Source: Cetorhinus maximus (taxonomy: Eukaryota). From it: DNA of 64,000 nt. The notes beneath the pieces are model-generated. The model saw nothing but the letters and a program-made list of their open reading frames with translations. It searched no databases and was not told the origin of the DNA. The stretch covers positions 48,050,001 to 48,114,000 of the forward strand of contig NC_135898.1 in the NCBI RefSeq assembly GCF_964194155.1, written 5' to 3'. Positions 12,371-24,729 of this stretch are shown here, piece after piece (position 1 is the first letter of the stretch; each line of letters starts with the position of its first letter). A program made the translations under genes and the position numbers.

Positions 12371-13831
12371 AGGAGAAATGTTGGCGAATGTTACAGCATT
12401 GGGACAGTGGAGGAGTCACATTGGGAAAGAGATAAAACCTCTTGCTTCCTGTAATTCCCCATAATACGATCAACAGTGTTGCTATTTGCACCTTGGATAG
12501 TAGAGCTTTCCTTAATATACTTTCTGAATTTAAAGTATTGGAAAATATGTTTAAATTTAGCTTGGTGGGGAACCTATCAGGAATCAAGAGGAGTTAAAAA
12601 ATGTTGTAAATATTGAACAATGACATAAATTCAGTGGTTCTGATCAGCACTGTTCAGGTGGAGAGTGTCTCCAAAGTTAAAGCTTTTTTTAAACTTGTTC
12701 TTGGGATGTAACACTCTTACCTAGTAAGGATAGTCCAATAGGACAAAATCATTCCCACTGAGCCAAGATGCAGTTGAAGGCAAAAGAATTTCACCAACCA
12801 GGTGGCTGAAAACCAAGCACATAGTCCTTGCAGTAATATGATATATGAGAAATGAATATGAATAATGTTCTGTCTCATGGTTGTTTTCACCATTGGATAG
12901 CTGGCATTTTACTCCATGTATTTTCTATTTGGTTTCACATGGGTTTTCATCACTTCTCTGAAGATACTAGGTGCAGGAATCTGGGAAGTTCGGGTGTGAC
13001 TTTTATAAATGTGTATGAGCCATCAAGCATGGCCAAGAATGTCTTTTATCCAAATTCCATAAGTGCTTTCTGCATTCAGTATTGCACAACTAATTCAGTA
13101 GGTTTATGTGCATGTCAATGCCCAGGGTCAATGGTCAAATGGATCTGTAACCTTTATGAATAACAGTATGTATGATTAAAATGTATTTCATGACATAACC
13201 ATGCCATAGGAACAGGAATAGACTACCCAGCCCCTCAAGCATGTTTTAATGTTCAGCTGGATAATAGCTGCTCAACTCCCTCTACCCACATTGGTTCTGC
13301 AACTCTTCGTCTCCTTGCCAAACAATAATCTATTAACTGCATAATCTGGCAAAGGATCTATACTTGAAATGTTAACTGGCCTCTTCTCTGCATAGATACT
13401 GATAGAGCTATTAAGTATCTTCTGTTTCTGTTTCAGATAGCTAGCATCTGCAGTTTTGTGCTTATTATAGTTTTCTCACAATTGGTTTTCCTTTAGTTTT
13501 CTTCTAGGAGCTTATAATATTTCATTCCAATCCATTATATATGTAATGACATTTCAGAAGGATTTTTGTAGAGAATCTGCCTAGCCTTTTTCAGGCATTT
13601 TCATTATTCGCCTCATTAATTAACGTTCCAGCTAAATTAAACAACCTAGCAAAACTGGAATATAATTTCAGTTAATGTAAGGGATGAAGGTAGGGATGCT
13701 AAATTAAAACAAATTTAACCCAATTATGTCTGGAGTTGAAGGAGCAGCTTCTGCATGAAAAGTACTTTGCAAGCTTTTTCCATTTCTTACCAATGGAAAC
13801 AATAGCATTATGTTACTGGACTAGTAATCCT

Positions 13832-16040
13832 AATCACTGAATCACAGAATCACAGTGCAGAAGAGGCCCTTCAGCCCATCGAGTCTGCACTGACAGGTGA
13901 GAAAGACCTGACCTACCTACCTAATCCCATTTACCAGCACTTGGCCCATAGCCTTGAATGCTATGACGTGCCAAATGCTCATCCGGGTACTTTTTAAAGG
14001 ATGTGAGGCAACCCGCCTCCACCACCCTCCCAGGCTGCGCATTCCAGATCATCACCACCCTCTGGGTAAAAAAGTTTTTCCTCACATTCCTCCTAAACCT
14101 CCTTCCCCTCACCTTGAACTTATGTCCCCTCGTAACTGAACCTTCAAGCTGCTCCCTATCCACCCTGTCCATGCCCCTCATAATCTTGTGCACCTCAATC
14201 AGGTCGCCCATCAGTCTTCTCTGCTCCAATGGAAACAACCGAAGTCTATCCAACCCCTCTCCATAACTTAAATGTTTCATCCCAGGCAACATCCTGGTGA
14301 ACCTCTTCTGCACCCCCTCCAGTACAATCACATCCTTCCTATAATGTGGCGGCCAGAACTGCACATTATACTCCAGCTGTGGCCTCACCAAAGTTCTATA
14401 CAACTCCAACATGACCTCCCTACTTTTGTAATCTATGCCTCGATTGATAAAGGCAAGTGTCCCATATGCCTTTTTCACCACCCCATTAACATGCCCCTCC
14501 GCCTTCAGAGATCAATGGACACACACGCCAAGGTCCCTTTGTTCCTCAGAACTTCCTAGTGTCATGCTGTTCATTGAATACTTCCTTGTCAAATTACTCC
14601 TTCCAAAGTGTATCACCTCACATTTTTCAGGGTTAAATTCCATTTGCCACTTATCTGCCCATTTGACCATCCCATCTATATCTTCCAGTAGCCCAAGACA
14701 CTCAACCTCACTGTTAACCACCCGGCCAATCTTTGTGTCATCCGCAAACTTACTAATCCTACCCCCCACATAGTCATCTATGTCGTTTATATAAATGACG
14801 AATAATAGGGGACCCAGCACAGATCCCTGTGGTACGCCACTGGACACTGGCTTCCAGTCACTAAAGCATCCTTCTGTCATCACCCTCTGTCTCCTACAAC
14901 TAACCCAATTTTGAATCCACCTTATCAAATTACCCTTTACCCATGTGCATTAGCCTTCTTTATAAGTCTCCCATGTGGGACCTTGTCAAAGGCTTTGCTG
15001 AAATCCATATAAACTACATCAACTGCACTACCCTCATCTACACACCTGGTCACCTCTTCAAAAAATTTAATCAAATTTGTTAGGCATGACCTCTCTCTGA
15101 CAAAGTCATGCTGACTATCCCTGATCAAACCTTGCCTCTCCAAGTGGAGATAGATTCTCTCCTTCAGAATTTTCTCCAATAGTTTCCCTACCACTGATGT
15201 GAGACTCACTGGCCTGTTGTTCCCTGGCTTCTCTCTACAACCCTTCTTAAATAGCGGAGCCACATTAGTTGTTCTCCAGTCCTCTGGCACCTCCCCCGTG
15301 GCCAGAGAGGAATTAAAAATTTGGGTCAGGGCCCCTGCGATCTCCTCCTTTGCCTCCCTCAGCAGTCTGGGACACAAATCATCGGGACCTGGAGATTTGT
15401 CCACTTTTAAGCCTGCCAACACCTCCAACACCTTGTCACTCCCTATACCAATTTGCTCAAGAACCTCACAGTCTCTCTCCCCAAGTTTGATACTTTCATC
15501 CTCATTTTCTTGGGTGAAGATGGATGTGAAGTATTCATTCAACACTCTGGCAATGTCCTCCAGCTCCATCCATAGATTGCCCCCTTGGTCCATTATGGGC
15601 CCTACTCTTTCCCTGGTTATCCTCTTCCCATTGATATACTTATAGAATATCTTGGGATTTTCCCTACTTTTACCAGTCAGAGCTTTCTCATATCCCCTCT
15701 TTGCTCTCCTAATTGCTTTCTTAAGCTCCACCCTGCACTTTCTGTACTCCAGTAATGCCTCCGCTGATTTACTCCCCTTGTACCTGCTAAAAGCCTCTCT
15801 TTTCCTTCTCATCGTATCCTGAATATCTCTGGTCATCCGTGGTTCTCTGAGCACGTTACTGCTTCCTATCACCCTAGAGGGAGCATGTTGAGCCTGTACC
15901 CTCCCCATTTCCTTTTTGAACGCCCCCCCCACCCCGCTCCTCTGTAGAGTTCCCTGCAAGTAGCTGTTCCCAGTCTACCTTGGCCAGATCCTGCCTTATT
16001 TTACTAAAATCTACTCTCCCCCAATCCAAAACATGTTTTT
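13832..16040 (-). mobile_element. CR1 LINE, 5'-truncated, ORF2 broken by frameshifts
   Basis: ORFs 14937-15959, 14512-14928 and 13921-14481 give KSPGPD, YMDFSKAFDKVPH, SGVPQGSVLGP, KFADDTK and LVRPQLEY. The 3' end has (ATTCTGTG)n-type repeats. Confidence 0.95.
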
Positions 16041-16044
16041 GCAT

Positions 16045-18830
16045 GGTCTGGAGACTTGAATTTAAATCCTACTGTAGCAAGTGTGGAATGTAAATCCTGT
16101 TAATTATATACATCTGGAATAAAAGGCTAATATCAGTTATAGTGACCATATAACAACCAGATTGCTGTAAAAACCCATAGGTTCACTATGTCCTATAGGG
16201 AAGGAAATCTTTCCTTACCCAGTCTGGCCTACAGCAACATGGTTAACTCTTAACTGCCCTCTGAAGTGGCCAAGCCAGCCAGTCAGTTGTATCAAACCGC
16301 TATGAGAAAATATAATCAGAAGAAAACTGACAGACCACCCAATATTTGACCTGAAGGAAAACCCAATAAAACTTTGAGATGACCAGTACTGGTCTGAACT
16401 GGAATGCCATTTTAAGGGGTACAGGACCAGTTCAGACCAGTATCAGCCATTTCCAAGTTTTACTGGGTTTTCCTCTTGGGTAGGCATCAGATTTGGACTT
16501 GAAAAAGACAAACCCAGCCCAATCTACCCTGCAAAATTCTCCTCACTAACATCTGGGGACTTGTACTAAAACTGGGAGAGCTGTCCTACAGACTAGTCAA
16601 GCAACAACCTGAAATAACCATACTGACCAAACCATACTTTACAGCCAATGTGCCAGGCACCACCATCACCATGCCACATGTATGTCCTGCCACACCGGCA
16701 GGATAGAACCACCAGAGCTGGCCGCACCGTGGTATGAAGTCAGGAAAGAGTGGCCCAGGGAGTTCTCATCATTGAGCCCACCTCCGCAAAGCCTCATACA
16801 TCAGGTCAAACATGGACAAGGAAACCACCTGCTGATTGCTACCTGTTGCCCTCAGCTAATAATTCAGTATTCCTCCAATGTTGAACATCACTTAAAAGAA
16901 GCACCAATGGCAGAACGGGTACAGAGTATAGTCAGGAGGACTTCAATATCCATCTCCAAGAGTGGCTCAGTAGCTCCCCTTTAGGACATATCTGTCAGAC
17001 TGGGCCTGCAGCAGATAGTTAGAGAACAAACAACAGAGTCTGTCGTCTTGACCAATTTACCTAAGACAAGTGACCTGTCCACAGCACAGTACGGTTCTAT
17101 TGGAGACAGAGTCTATCTTCACGCTGAGGACACCCTACATTGTGTTGTGTGGCACTACCATCATGCTCAATGGGATAGATTCAGAACAGATCTAGCAGCT
17201 GAAAACTGGGCATCCAGAGGTGCTGTGGGCCATCAACAGCAGCAGAATTGCACTCAATCACAATCTCTAACCACATGGCCTGGCATATCCCCCACTACCA
17301 TCAAAACAGGGGATCAACTCTGGTTCAATGGAGAGGTAGAAGAGCATACAAGGTGTAGCACCATGCATACCTAAAAATGAGATGCCAAGCAGGTGAAGCA
17401 ACAACACATGCATGCTAAACAGCAGAATCAGCATGCTATACACAGAGCTAAGCAATTCTGTAACCAATGGATCAGCCCTGCAGAATGGCCAGATGCTGTG
17501 TTAAATGGCCGTGGACAATTAAACAACTAAGGCGGGTGGGGGTTGGGGGGAGGGGGGTGGGGGGGGTGGTGTGGGCGTGAGGTGAGAGGATCCATGAACA
17601 TCGCCATCCTCAATGATCGCAGAGCCTAGAAGGTCAGAGCAAAAGATGAGGCTAAGGCTTTGGAACCACCTTCAGCCAGAAGTGCTGAGTGGATGATCCA
17701 TCTTTGCCTTCTAGCGAAGTCCCCACAATCACAGAAGCCTGTCTTCAGCCAATTCAATTCACACCAAATGATGTAAAGAAATCATTGAGTTCTTCGGATA
17801 CAGTGAAGGCTTTGAGCTCCAATGACATCCCAGCTACAGTGCTGAAGACTTGTGCTTCTGAACTAGCCCATACACCTAGCCAAGCTGTTCCAATACAACA
17901 ACAACACTGGCATCTACCCAACAATATAGAAAATTGCACAGAAATGTCCCGTTCACAAAAAGCAGGCCAAATCTATTCCAGCCAGTTACATTCAGCCTGC
18001 TTTCACTCATCAGCAAAGCGATGGAAAAGATCGTTGATGGTCCTATCAAGTGACACTTACTCACCAATAACCTCTTCACTAATGTTCAGTTCTACCAGGA
18101 CCACTCACCTCCAGACATTATTACAACCTTGGTCCAAGAATGGACAAAAAAGCTGAATTCTAGCAGTGAGGTAAGAGTGGCTACCATTTATATCAAAGTA
18201 ATATTTGACCAAGTGTGGCATCAAAGTGCCCTATTGAAGTCAATAGGAATCAGCGGGAAAACTCTCCACTGGTTGGAGTCATAGCTAGCACAAAGGAAGA
18301 TGGTTGTGATTGTTGAAGGACAATCATTCCAGCCACAGGACAACGTGGCAGGAGTTCCTCAGGGCAGTGTCCTAGGCCCAACCATCTTCAGCTGCTTCAT
18401 AAATGACTTTCATTCCATCATTAGATTAGAAATGGTGATGTTTGCTGATGATTGCACAGTATCCAGTGTATCTTGGACCAATTGTATTAGTGGAGCCCTC
18501 CTCATAGAAGGGGGCACTAATCAGTAACTGATGGTTACTTTCACAACTTCTCAGGTAATGACTCCATGTCCACATGCAACAAGATCTGGATAATATTCAT
18601 GCTTGGGATGGTAAGTGGCAAGTAACACCCACACCACACAAGTGCCAATGAAAGAAAGACCAAACTCCTCCCATCGTATTCAATTACATTATCATAGCTG
18701 AATTCCCCACCATCAACATCTTGAGAGTCACCACACTGCAGCGGTTCAAGAAGTTGACTCACCACCACCTTCTCAATGGCAAAAAATGCTGGTATTGAAG
18801 ACAATGGCCATATCCTGTGAATGAATGAAA
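16045..18830 (+). mobile_element. Old CR1/L2-group LINE with SINE-like 5' head; its first piece at about 13800-13830 is split off by the CR1
   Basis: AP-endonuclease-like start (ctcactaacatctggggacttgtactaaaactgggagagctg...), RT remnant AGVPQGSVLGPTIFSCFIND...MFADDCT (18300-18527), and a 3' tail ending tgaatgaatgaaa. Confidence 0.75.
16355..16474. mobile_element. 120-bp hairpin (MITE-like) inserted in the LINE
   Basis: aggaaaacccaataaaactttgagatgaccagtactggtctgaactgg pairs with ccagttcagaccagtatcagccatttccaagttttactgggttttcct; 24-bp loop. Confidence 0.7.
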
Positions 18831-18999
18831 GATGAAATGCAAACCATACTAGTGACTAACAATACCAATATGCAGGCTCTAGTAATTTACATCAAAGAGA
18901 CAGAGAGTATTAGCTTTTATTTTGCTGCATCCAGTAAACTGGCATCAGTTTCTCCTATTTCCAAAAAGTAACCATCAGTTTCTGATGAGTGCCCCCTTC

Positions 19000-19860
19000 T
19001 ATGAGGAGAGCATTACTAATACAATTGGTCCAAGATAAACTAATAGTATATGAGGGTCCCTGAATGCAAAACCTGAAAAATCTGTGGAATAATCAAGAAC
19101 ATCTGCAAAGGTGATCCAGTATGTTCTGGGATCAGGAAAGTCATTGGGGAGATGAATGAGGATCAATAGATTGTCTTTATCCAATTACAGTCACTGATCT
19201 TAAAGTTGTGAGAGTTTCTGATGAAGTAAATTGGAAGTTACTATTTCCATTGGTCATGAGTAATGCAAGAGCATAAATTTCACATCATCGTCAAAAGAAA
19301 AAAGAGAGGTTAGGGCATTTTTGTTTATATGCAGAGCATGTTTAGAAACTGAAAGACCCTACCAGAAACAGTGGTGGAATCCATAGTATCTTTTAAGAGG
19401 GGAAGGGATAAAAATATGAAAAATAGGAATTTTAAATGGTAGCAGGTTTGGGACCGAGTGGATAACTCCTTAAGAAACCTGGAATAGGTGTGATAGGCTG
19501 AATGGTCCTCTACCACTCTATAGAATTTTATGATTCTATATTATTTTTCTATTCACTAAAGCCTGTGCTCTGTCACAACTAAACCTGGACTAGTGCTAAT
19601 GGTTTCCATTGGAGGGCGACTACACAAATGAACTGCAATGATACCAGGGCTTAAAGAGTTCAATTACGCAGTGAGCTTGAACAATCTTAGCTTCTATTTT
19701 CTTGAGTTTAGAACGTTAAGAGGTGATCAAATCAAGGTGTTCAAAATGATTAAGGAATTAGATAGTGTAAATGCAGAGAAACTATTTCCTCTGATGGAAG
19801 AGTCCAGTAAAATAGGGCATGATCTTAAAATTAAAGCAACACAATTAATCCAATGTGGTG
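19000..19860 (+). mobile_element. Two degenerate CR1 3' fragments
   Basis: ORF 19638-19880 MIPGLKEFNY...LEFRTLRGDQIKVFKMIK, and an attctat-type tail near 19530. Confidence 0.6.
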
Positions 19861-19908
19861 TGGTGCATGTACCCTATTGACATCAAGGAATGGTAGCAAT
19901 GGATTAAT

Positions 19909-20636
19909 GGGCTGAAGTTTTAGGATGGTGAGGTTCGCGGCTCCAATTTTACGGTCTAACGAGTGTTGATTGGCATAAGGCGGGACTTCTGCCCCTCAGT
20001 CGGAGGAAGTCAGCCTTGGGGAGCTGCTGGTCAATCAGATTGGCCGGCAGCTCTCCAGTCCCCCCAGCAACAGCGCTGCTGGAAGAAGCACCCCACAGAA
20101 CTGTCAGACTGAAGTCTCAGGAACCAGGGGCCCAGGTAAATGTCAGAGGTCCCAGGGTGGGGAGGGCAGGAAAAGCCTGTGGGGGTTGCAAGGGTGGTGA
20201 TCGGGGTCCCGTTGGATAGGCCGTGGGGAGAGGGCGGTCTTGAGGTCATCTTAAGGGGAGGGTGCCCCCAGTCAGAAGGGGGCTTCTGGCGGAGGCGCCC
20301 ACCTCCCCAACCTTCCCACCTGAGTTCAACCTTTCTTCATTTCCTACTTCCCCGCACCCCTCCCCGCCAAGCTGTCATCTGTCCGCCAACCCAAAAATTG
20401 AGGCTGGGCAGGAAATGGCTCTTAAGTGACCATTAATTGGCCACTTAAAGGCCTCAATTGGGGCAAGGGCAGGCTTCCCATCCGAGGCCTTGCCCGCTCC
20501 AGTGTAAAATCACTGCAAGGTCGGGGCGGGAACTGGGAAGGAATCCTGTTCCTTCAATTTCACATTCCCAACAACCCCCCCTTCCCCTTGAACCCCACCT
20601 CCGAACCTAACGCAGTGGGAGCGTAAAATTCTGGCC
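19909..20636. mobile_element. GC-rich non-autonomous DNA transposon (Harbinger-like MITE)
   Basis: Termini gggctgaagttt and aaaattctggcc with a probable 3-bp TSD aat. Internal ccattaattggccacttaaaggcctcaat is shared with the copy at about 46340-46375. Confidence 0.6.
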
Positions 20637-23553
20637 AATGTACCTTTTGATGAGTTGTACTACTTATCAGATTTCTCATAAGAAGCTCCTTGTATGTGGT
20701 GCCTATCAAATTCACAGATGCCTGCTGAACAGCTAATGGTTATCCTCCTAATGTGTGGGACAGGGACAAGTGGAGAAAGTGAGGCTCAAAGATGACGCAC
20801 CTGGTGATAGAATCTCAGAACCATGTCAACTTTCTGTAATAGACCCAATAATCCAGTGCCTGCACTGGACAGGTCTATAGTACATCAGGACATTACTAAT
20901 AAGCCAGCCAAGCTAGCTCACTAATGGAACATGGAGTGGTAAGCCAGATTGTACTCTAGATACAGAAAGAAGAAAGAACTTGCTTTTATATAGAGCCTTT
21001 CACAATTAAAGGACATATACCCTGCGAACTTAAACACTACTGTTAAGATGATCCTAGTTGCATGGGTTATTTGATTATTTGATGCAGTATTCCTGTGCAT
21101 ATCGTGGGATGACCAGAAAAAAAAATCAACAACACTGCAGTGACTTGTATTTAAATGTAGCGTTCCTAGGGTCCAGGATTCTTCTTACTTGGCTCCAGTT
21201 AAGCCTCAAGCCAATGTTCTAACAGGTAATGGTGGTACTAGATGGAAAAGTAACAGCATTATGAAAATGATGTACAGCTCTTCCTGTTTCTCTTCTACAT
21301 AGGGAAATCTGTTCACCTAATATGTTTTCAGGAAGGTAATATAACCTTAATGGGCTATATTTAAAATACATTATACTTTACTGATTTTTTTATTATTGCA
21401 ATAGCAACACACAGTCATACTTCCATAATTTGTAGTTTGCAATGTGTCTCAGTAATGTATGCTGCTCTTTCTTTCTTCTTATGCACAGTCTCCAGCCAAT
21501 GGGTCTCATACAGCTGCAACATCCACACATTAAATTCATCTGATTGATTAAGACTGGCAACTTGGTCCAGAAGGTGAGTTTTTCTTTAGGGTCAGTCTTT
21601 CCAACTGTTACTATTTCCAGTAAACAACAACAGCCTGTGTTTATATACAGATTTTAAGAAGAAAATTACCAAAGGAATCCTACAGATTTAATTTCATTTA
21701 AGTAGATTAGCAAAAAAACCAGAGTCAACACAAGGAAAAACCTTTTTTCTCTTCAAAAGAACTGGCACAGTCCCGGTGGGCTGAATGGCCTCCTTCTGTG
21801 CTGTGCTGTGCTGTTCTATTCTATTCTATCGGACTTCATAGACAAAATCAGCCAAGAATTGACACTGAGCCCGGACAGTAGATAACAGGACAGATGATCA
21901 AAAACTTGGCCAAAGAGATTGGCTTTAAAGGAGGAGTGAAAGTTGGTGGGGTGGCAGGTTCAAACTAGGCATTCAAGAGGGCATTAGATGATTATTTGAA
22001 TGTGCAAGGGTGCGGGGGAAAAGCAGGAGAATGACACCAATTCGTGATGCTCATTTGGAGAGCCAGTGCAGAAATGATGGGCCAAATGGCTTCCTCCTGC
22101 TCCGTAACAATTCTGTGACTCTGAAATGTTTAGGGAGGGGATTCCAGAGCTTAGGGTCTAGATAGCTGAATCCGTGGCACCAATGGTGGGGTGAAGGGAG
22201 TGCGGGATAGACAAAAGGTCTGAGATGGAGGAATGCAAAGTTCTTGGAGGGTTGTAGGGCTGAAAGACGTGACAGAAATAGGGAGGATCAAGTCCATGCA
22301 AGGCTTGTGCTGTTCAGTGGCAACATGATTCCTGTAGTAGCATCACAATGTCAGAATATACTATATACTGGGATCCATATGGAGACCAGACATCTTGTTA
22401 GAATGTAGGCCATGGCACCTTGTGGCATTACATGAATTCACATATTATCTACATATACCTAACTGGAAAATCTATGGTTCACTATCCAAGCTAGGATATG
22501 AAGAGCAACCTGACCAATGTTCTGCAGCACTGTTGGGACCTGTAGTCCAGCACAAATTACCACCTTCTCAACAGGAAGGATGAGGAGAAAATATAGTTGG
22601 AGAAAAGCATGACCCACGCTGGCTGTCATTATGCCGCTAAGGTTCAAAGATAAAAAAGGAATTCTTCAAGATGCTCTTGTGGGCTGAGGATCCCAGTGTT
22701 GCACCAGCATGTTGAGGAATTATAAATATTTATTCCAGAGAAGCACTTCCGCCCTGATGAAATAACAAAGGCCCAGTTACATAAAAAGCAAAACACTGTG
22801 TATCCTGCAAATCTGAAGTTATATCATTTTATGATGACGATCCAATTTAATTAATGAACTAAAATGCTTAGGTATAAACTCAGCAGCACATTGAACTTGA
22901 TAAACCTTTTGTCCCAGAGTGCGTTTACTTGCACAAACTAAAGTCAGTGTGCAAATAATATCCCTTTAACAAATATTCCTGGTACAAAGTGCAATAAGAT
23001 TTCAGCATATGGCACTGACCCAGTTCCAGCAAGTCCCACACACATCTGTGACTACTGCACAGCCAGGAGCTGTCAACATGAGTGCCAATTATTTGTGGAA
23101 TAGGGAATTGTGTAAGGGAAAGGCGATGTTAGAAGGAAAACAGTTATGAAAGCAACTTATAAAACCGTCCCAAGCATTTGGAGTGCATCTGCGTTCCGTT
23201 AAGAAGTAGACGCCGCCCCATTCCTTTGTTGATGGCTGCCAGATGTGAATTGTACAAACTGAGCTGCTTAAGGACTATCTGGGGAAGCAGAACTTTACTC
23301 AGCAATGTAGCTTCACTTTGACAATCTCTCGTCGAGTTAAATGAATGTGAAAAAGTAAATCAGTAGTCTGTGTGTGTTTGTTGTGCGTGGAGGATGAGCT
23401 GGTTCTGGATAGACTATCATTGTGCAGTTATGTAACTGTTGAGAATAGGGTCTCTGTCAATGATTTACATTCCGAAGTCTTTTTCTGTTTGGGTGGAGGA
23501 GGGGAGGGTAGATTACGAAAGATAAATGACACAGGATGGTGGGGGGTGGTAGT

Positions 23554-23700
23554 GATTGGTGTATATATAGATGTGGGTAACTTTTCGCGAGTTGCTTCCA
23601 GCGTTTTACTCACAATTGTATGAAAGGTAAATTCCTATTTTGATCGAGACCTGAATCCGAGTGAATTGAGATTTGTATCACACGCTGTTGACGGTAAGCA
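23554..23700 (+). promoter_or_regulatory. RBP4: Candidate RBP4 core promoter and non-coding exon 1
   Basis: ATTGG box near 23555, TATATATA at 23562-23569, candidate donors at 23627 (aag|gtaaat) and 23694 (acg|gtaagc), and an acceptor ggcag ending 23807 just before the ATG. RBP4 genes typically have a short non-coding first exon. Confidence 0.4.
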
Positions 23701-23822
23701 GAACCTGAGTTTGGTGTTTGAGGACATTGCCAGCAGTTGAACCAGGCTGCCTAAAGCCCAGGGGGAGTTTGTCTTCTTGCGCTTAATGTGTGTTTGTTTG
23801 ATGGCAGAGAATCTGAAGGACG

Positions 23823-23945
23823 ATGGTGCAGTGCAAGATCTTGGGGCTCCTTGTGGTCGTCCTTTTTTCCACTTCCAGCTGCTTGGCCAAGTCCGACTGC
23901 ATGGTGAGCAATTTCCAAGTGAAAGAAGACTTCAACAAGACCCGG
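23823..23945 (+). CDS. RBP4: Retinol-binding protein 4, coding exon 1 (signal peptide and DCMVSNFQVKEDFNKTR)
   Basis: MVQCKILGLLVVVLFSTSSCLAKSDCMVSNFQVKEDFNKTR resembles human ...ERDCRVSSFRVKENFDKAR. Donor CGG|gtaagt, 123 bp. Confidence 0.93.
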
Positions 23946-24024
23946 GTAAGTTGATGCCTTTGGTGTTATGAGGAGTAGAAGGAGATGATCTCCCCTAGCT
24001 GACCGTCCGCCCTGTCTCTTGCAG

Positions 24025-24158
24025 TATGTGGGGAAATGGCACGCGTTCGCAAAGAAGGATCCGATGGGCATTTTTCTGGAGAGTAACATTCACGCCGAGT
24101 TCAAGGCTGAAAACGAGACGATGACCGCCAAAGCGACAGGATTGGTCACCTTACTGCC
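24025..24158 (+). CDS. RBP4: RBP4 coding exon 2
   Basis: ttgcag|YVGKWHAFAKKDPMGIFLESNIHAEFKAENETMTAKATGLVTLLP|gtaagc, containing the lipocalin GxW motif. 134 bp. Confidence 0.95.
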
Positions 24159-24273
24159 GTAAGCACCGGTACCCCCGGGCCAGCCTTTACTGAGCGCCTG
24201 TCTCCACTCCCTCCCCCACCTCTCTCTCTCTCTCTCTCTTTGTTCTAACTCGGTATTTTTTTTATTCTTGCAG

Positions 24274-24380
24274 CGAATGGATCGTGTGCGCCGAAATGTT
24301 GGGAACGTTCAACAATACCGAACACCCCGCCAAGTTCAAACTGAAGTACTGGGGAGCAGCCGAGCACCTCCAGCAAGGCA
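24274..24380 (+). CDS. RBP4: RBP4 coding exon 3
   Basis: ttgcag|[36 protein letters not shown]|gtgagt. 107 bp, splice phases consistent. Confidence 0.95.
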
Positions 24381-24729
24381 GTGAGTAGGCTGTTTGCACT
24401 CGCCATGCTGCTTGGTTTCACAGTGAAAGTCAAGCCCTATTTTATCCTCCCCCAGGCTGCATTGAAAGCTTAAATCCCTGTTCGTATTTATTTTTATAGT
24501 CCTCTAGTTGCTGGTTTTAAAGGATCCAGGCATTCCAAAGTACAGCCCTTTCCAAACCTTCCCACCCCCACCACATTCAAACAGGATAAAGCGGTGAATA
24601 CAATTATAGAATGATTACAGCACAGCCGCCACTCGGCCCGTCATATCTGTGCTGGCCCTCTGAAGGAGCAATTCACCTAGTGCCACTCTCCTGCCTTTTC
24701 CCCACAGCCCAGGCAGCGCATTCCAGATC

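Noticed and set aside
17530-17580. G-rich tract as a regulatory G-quadruplex
   Set aside because: It is a local G expansion inside a dead LINE with no functional context.
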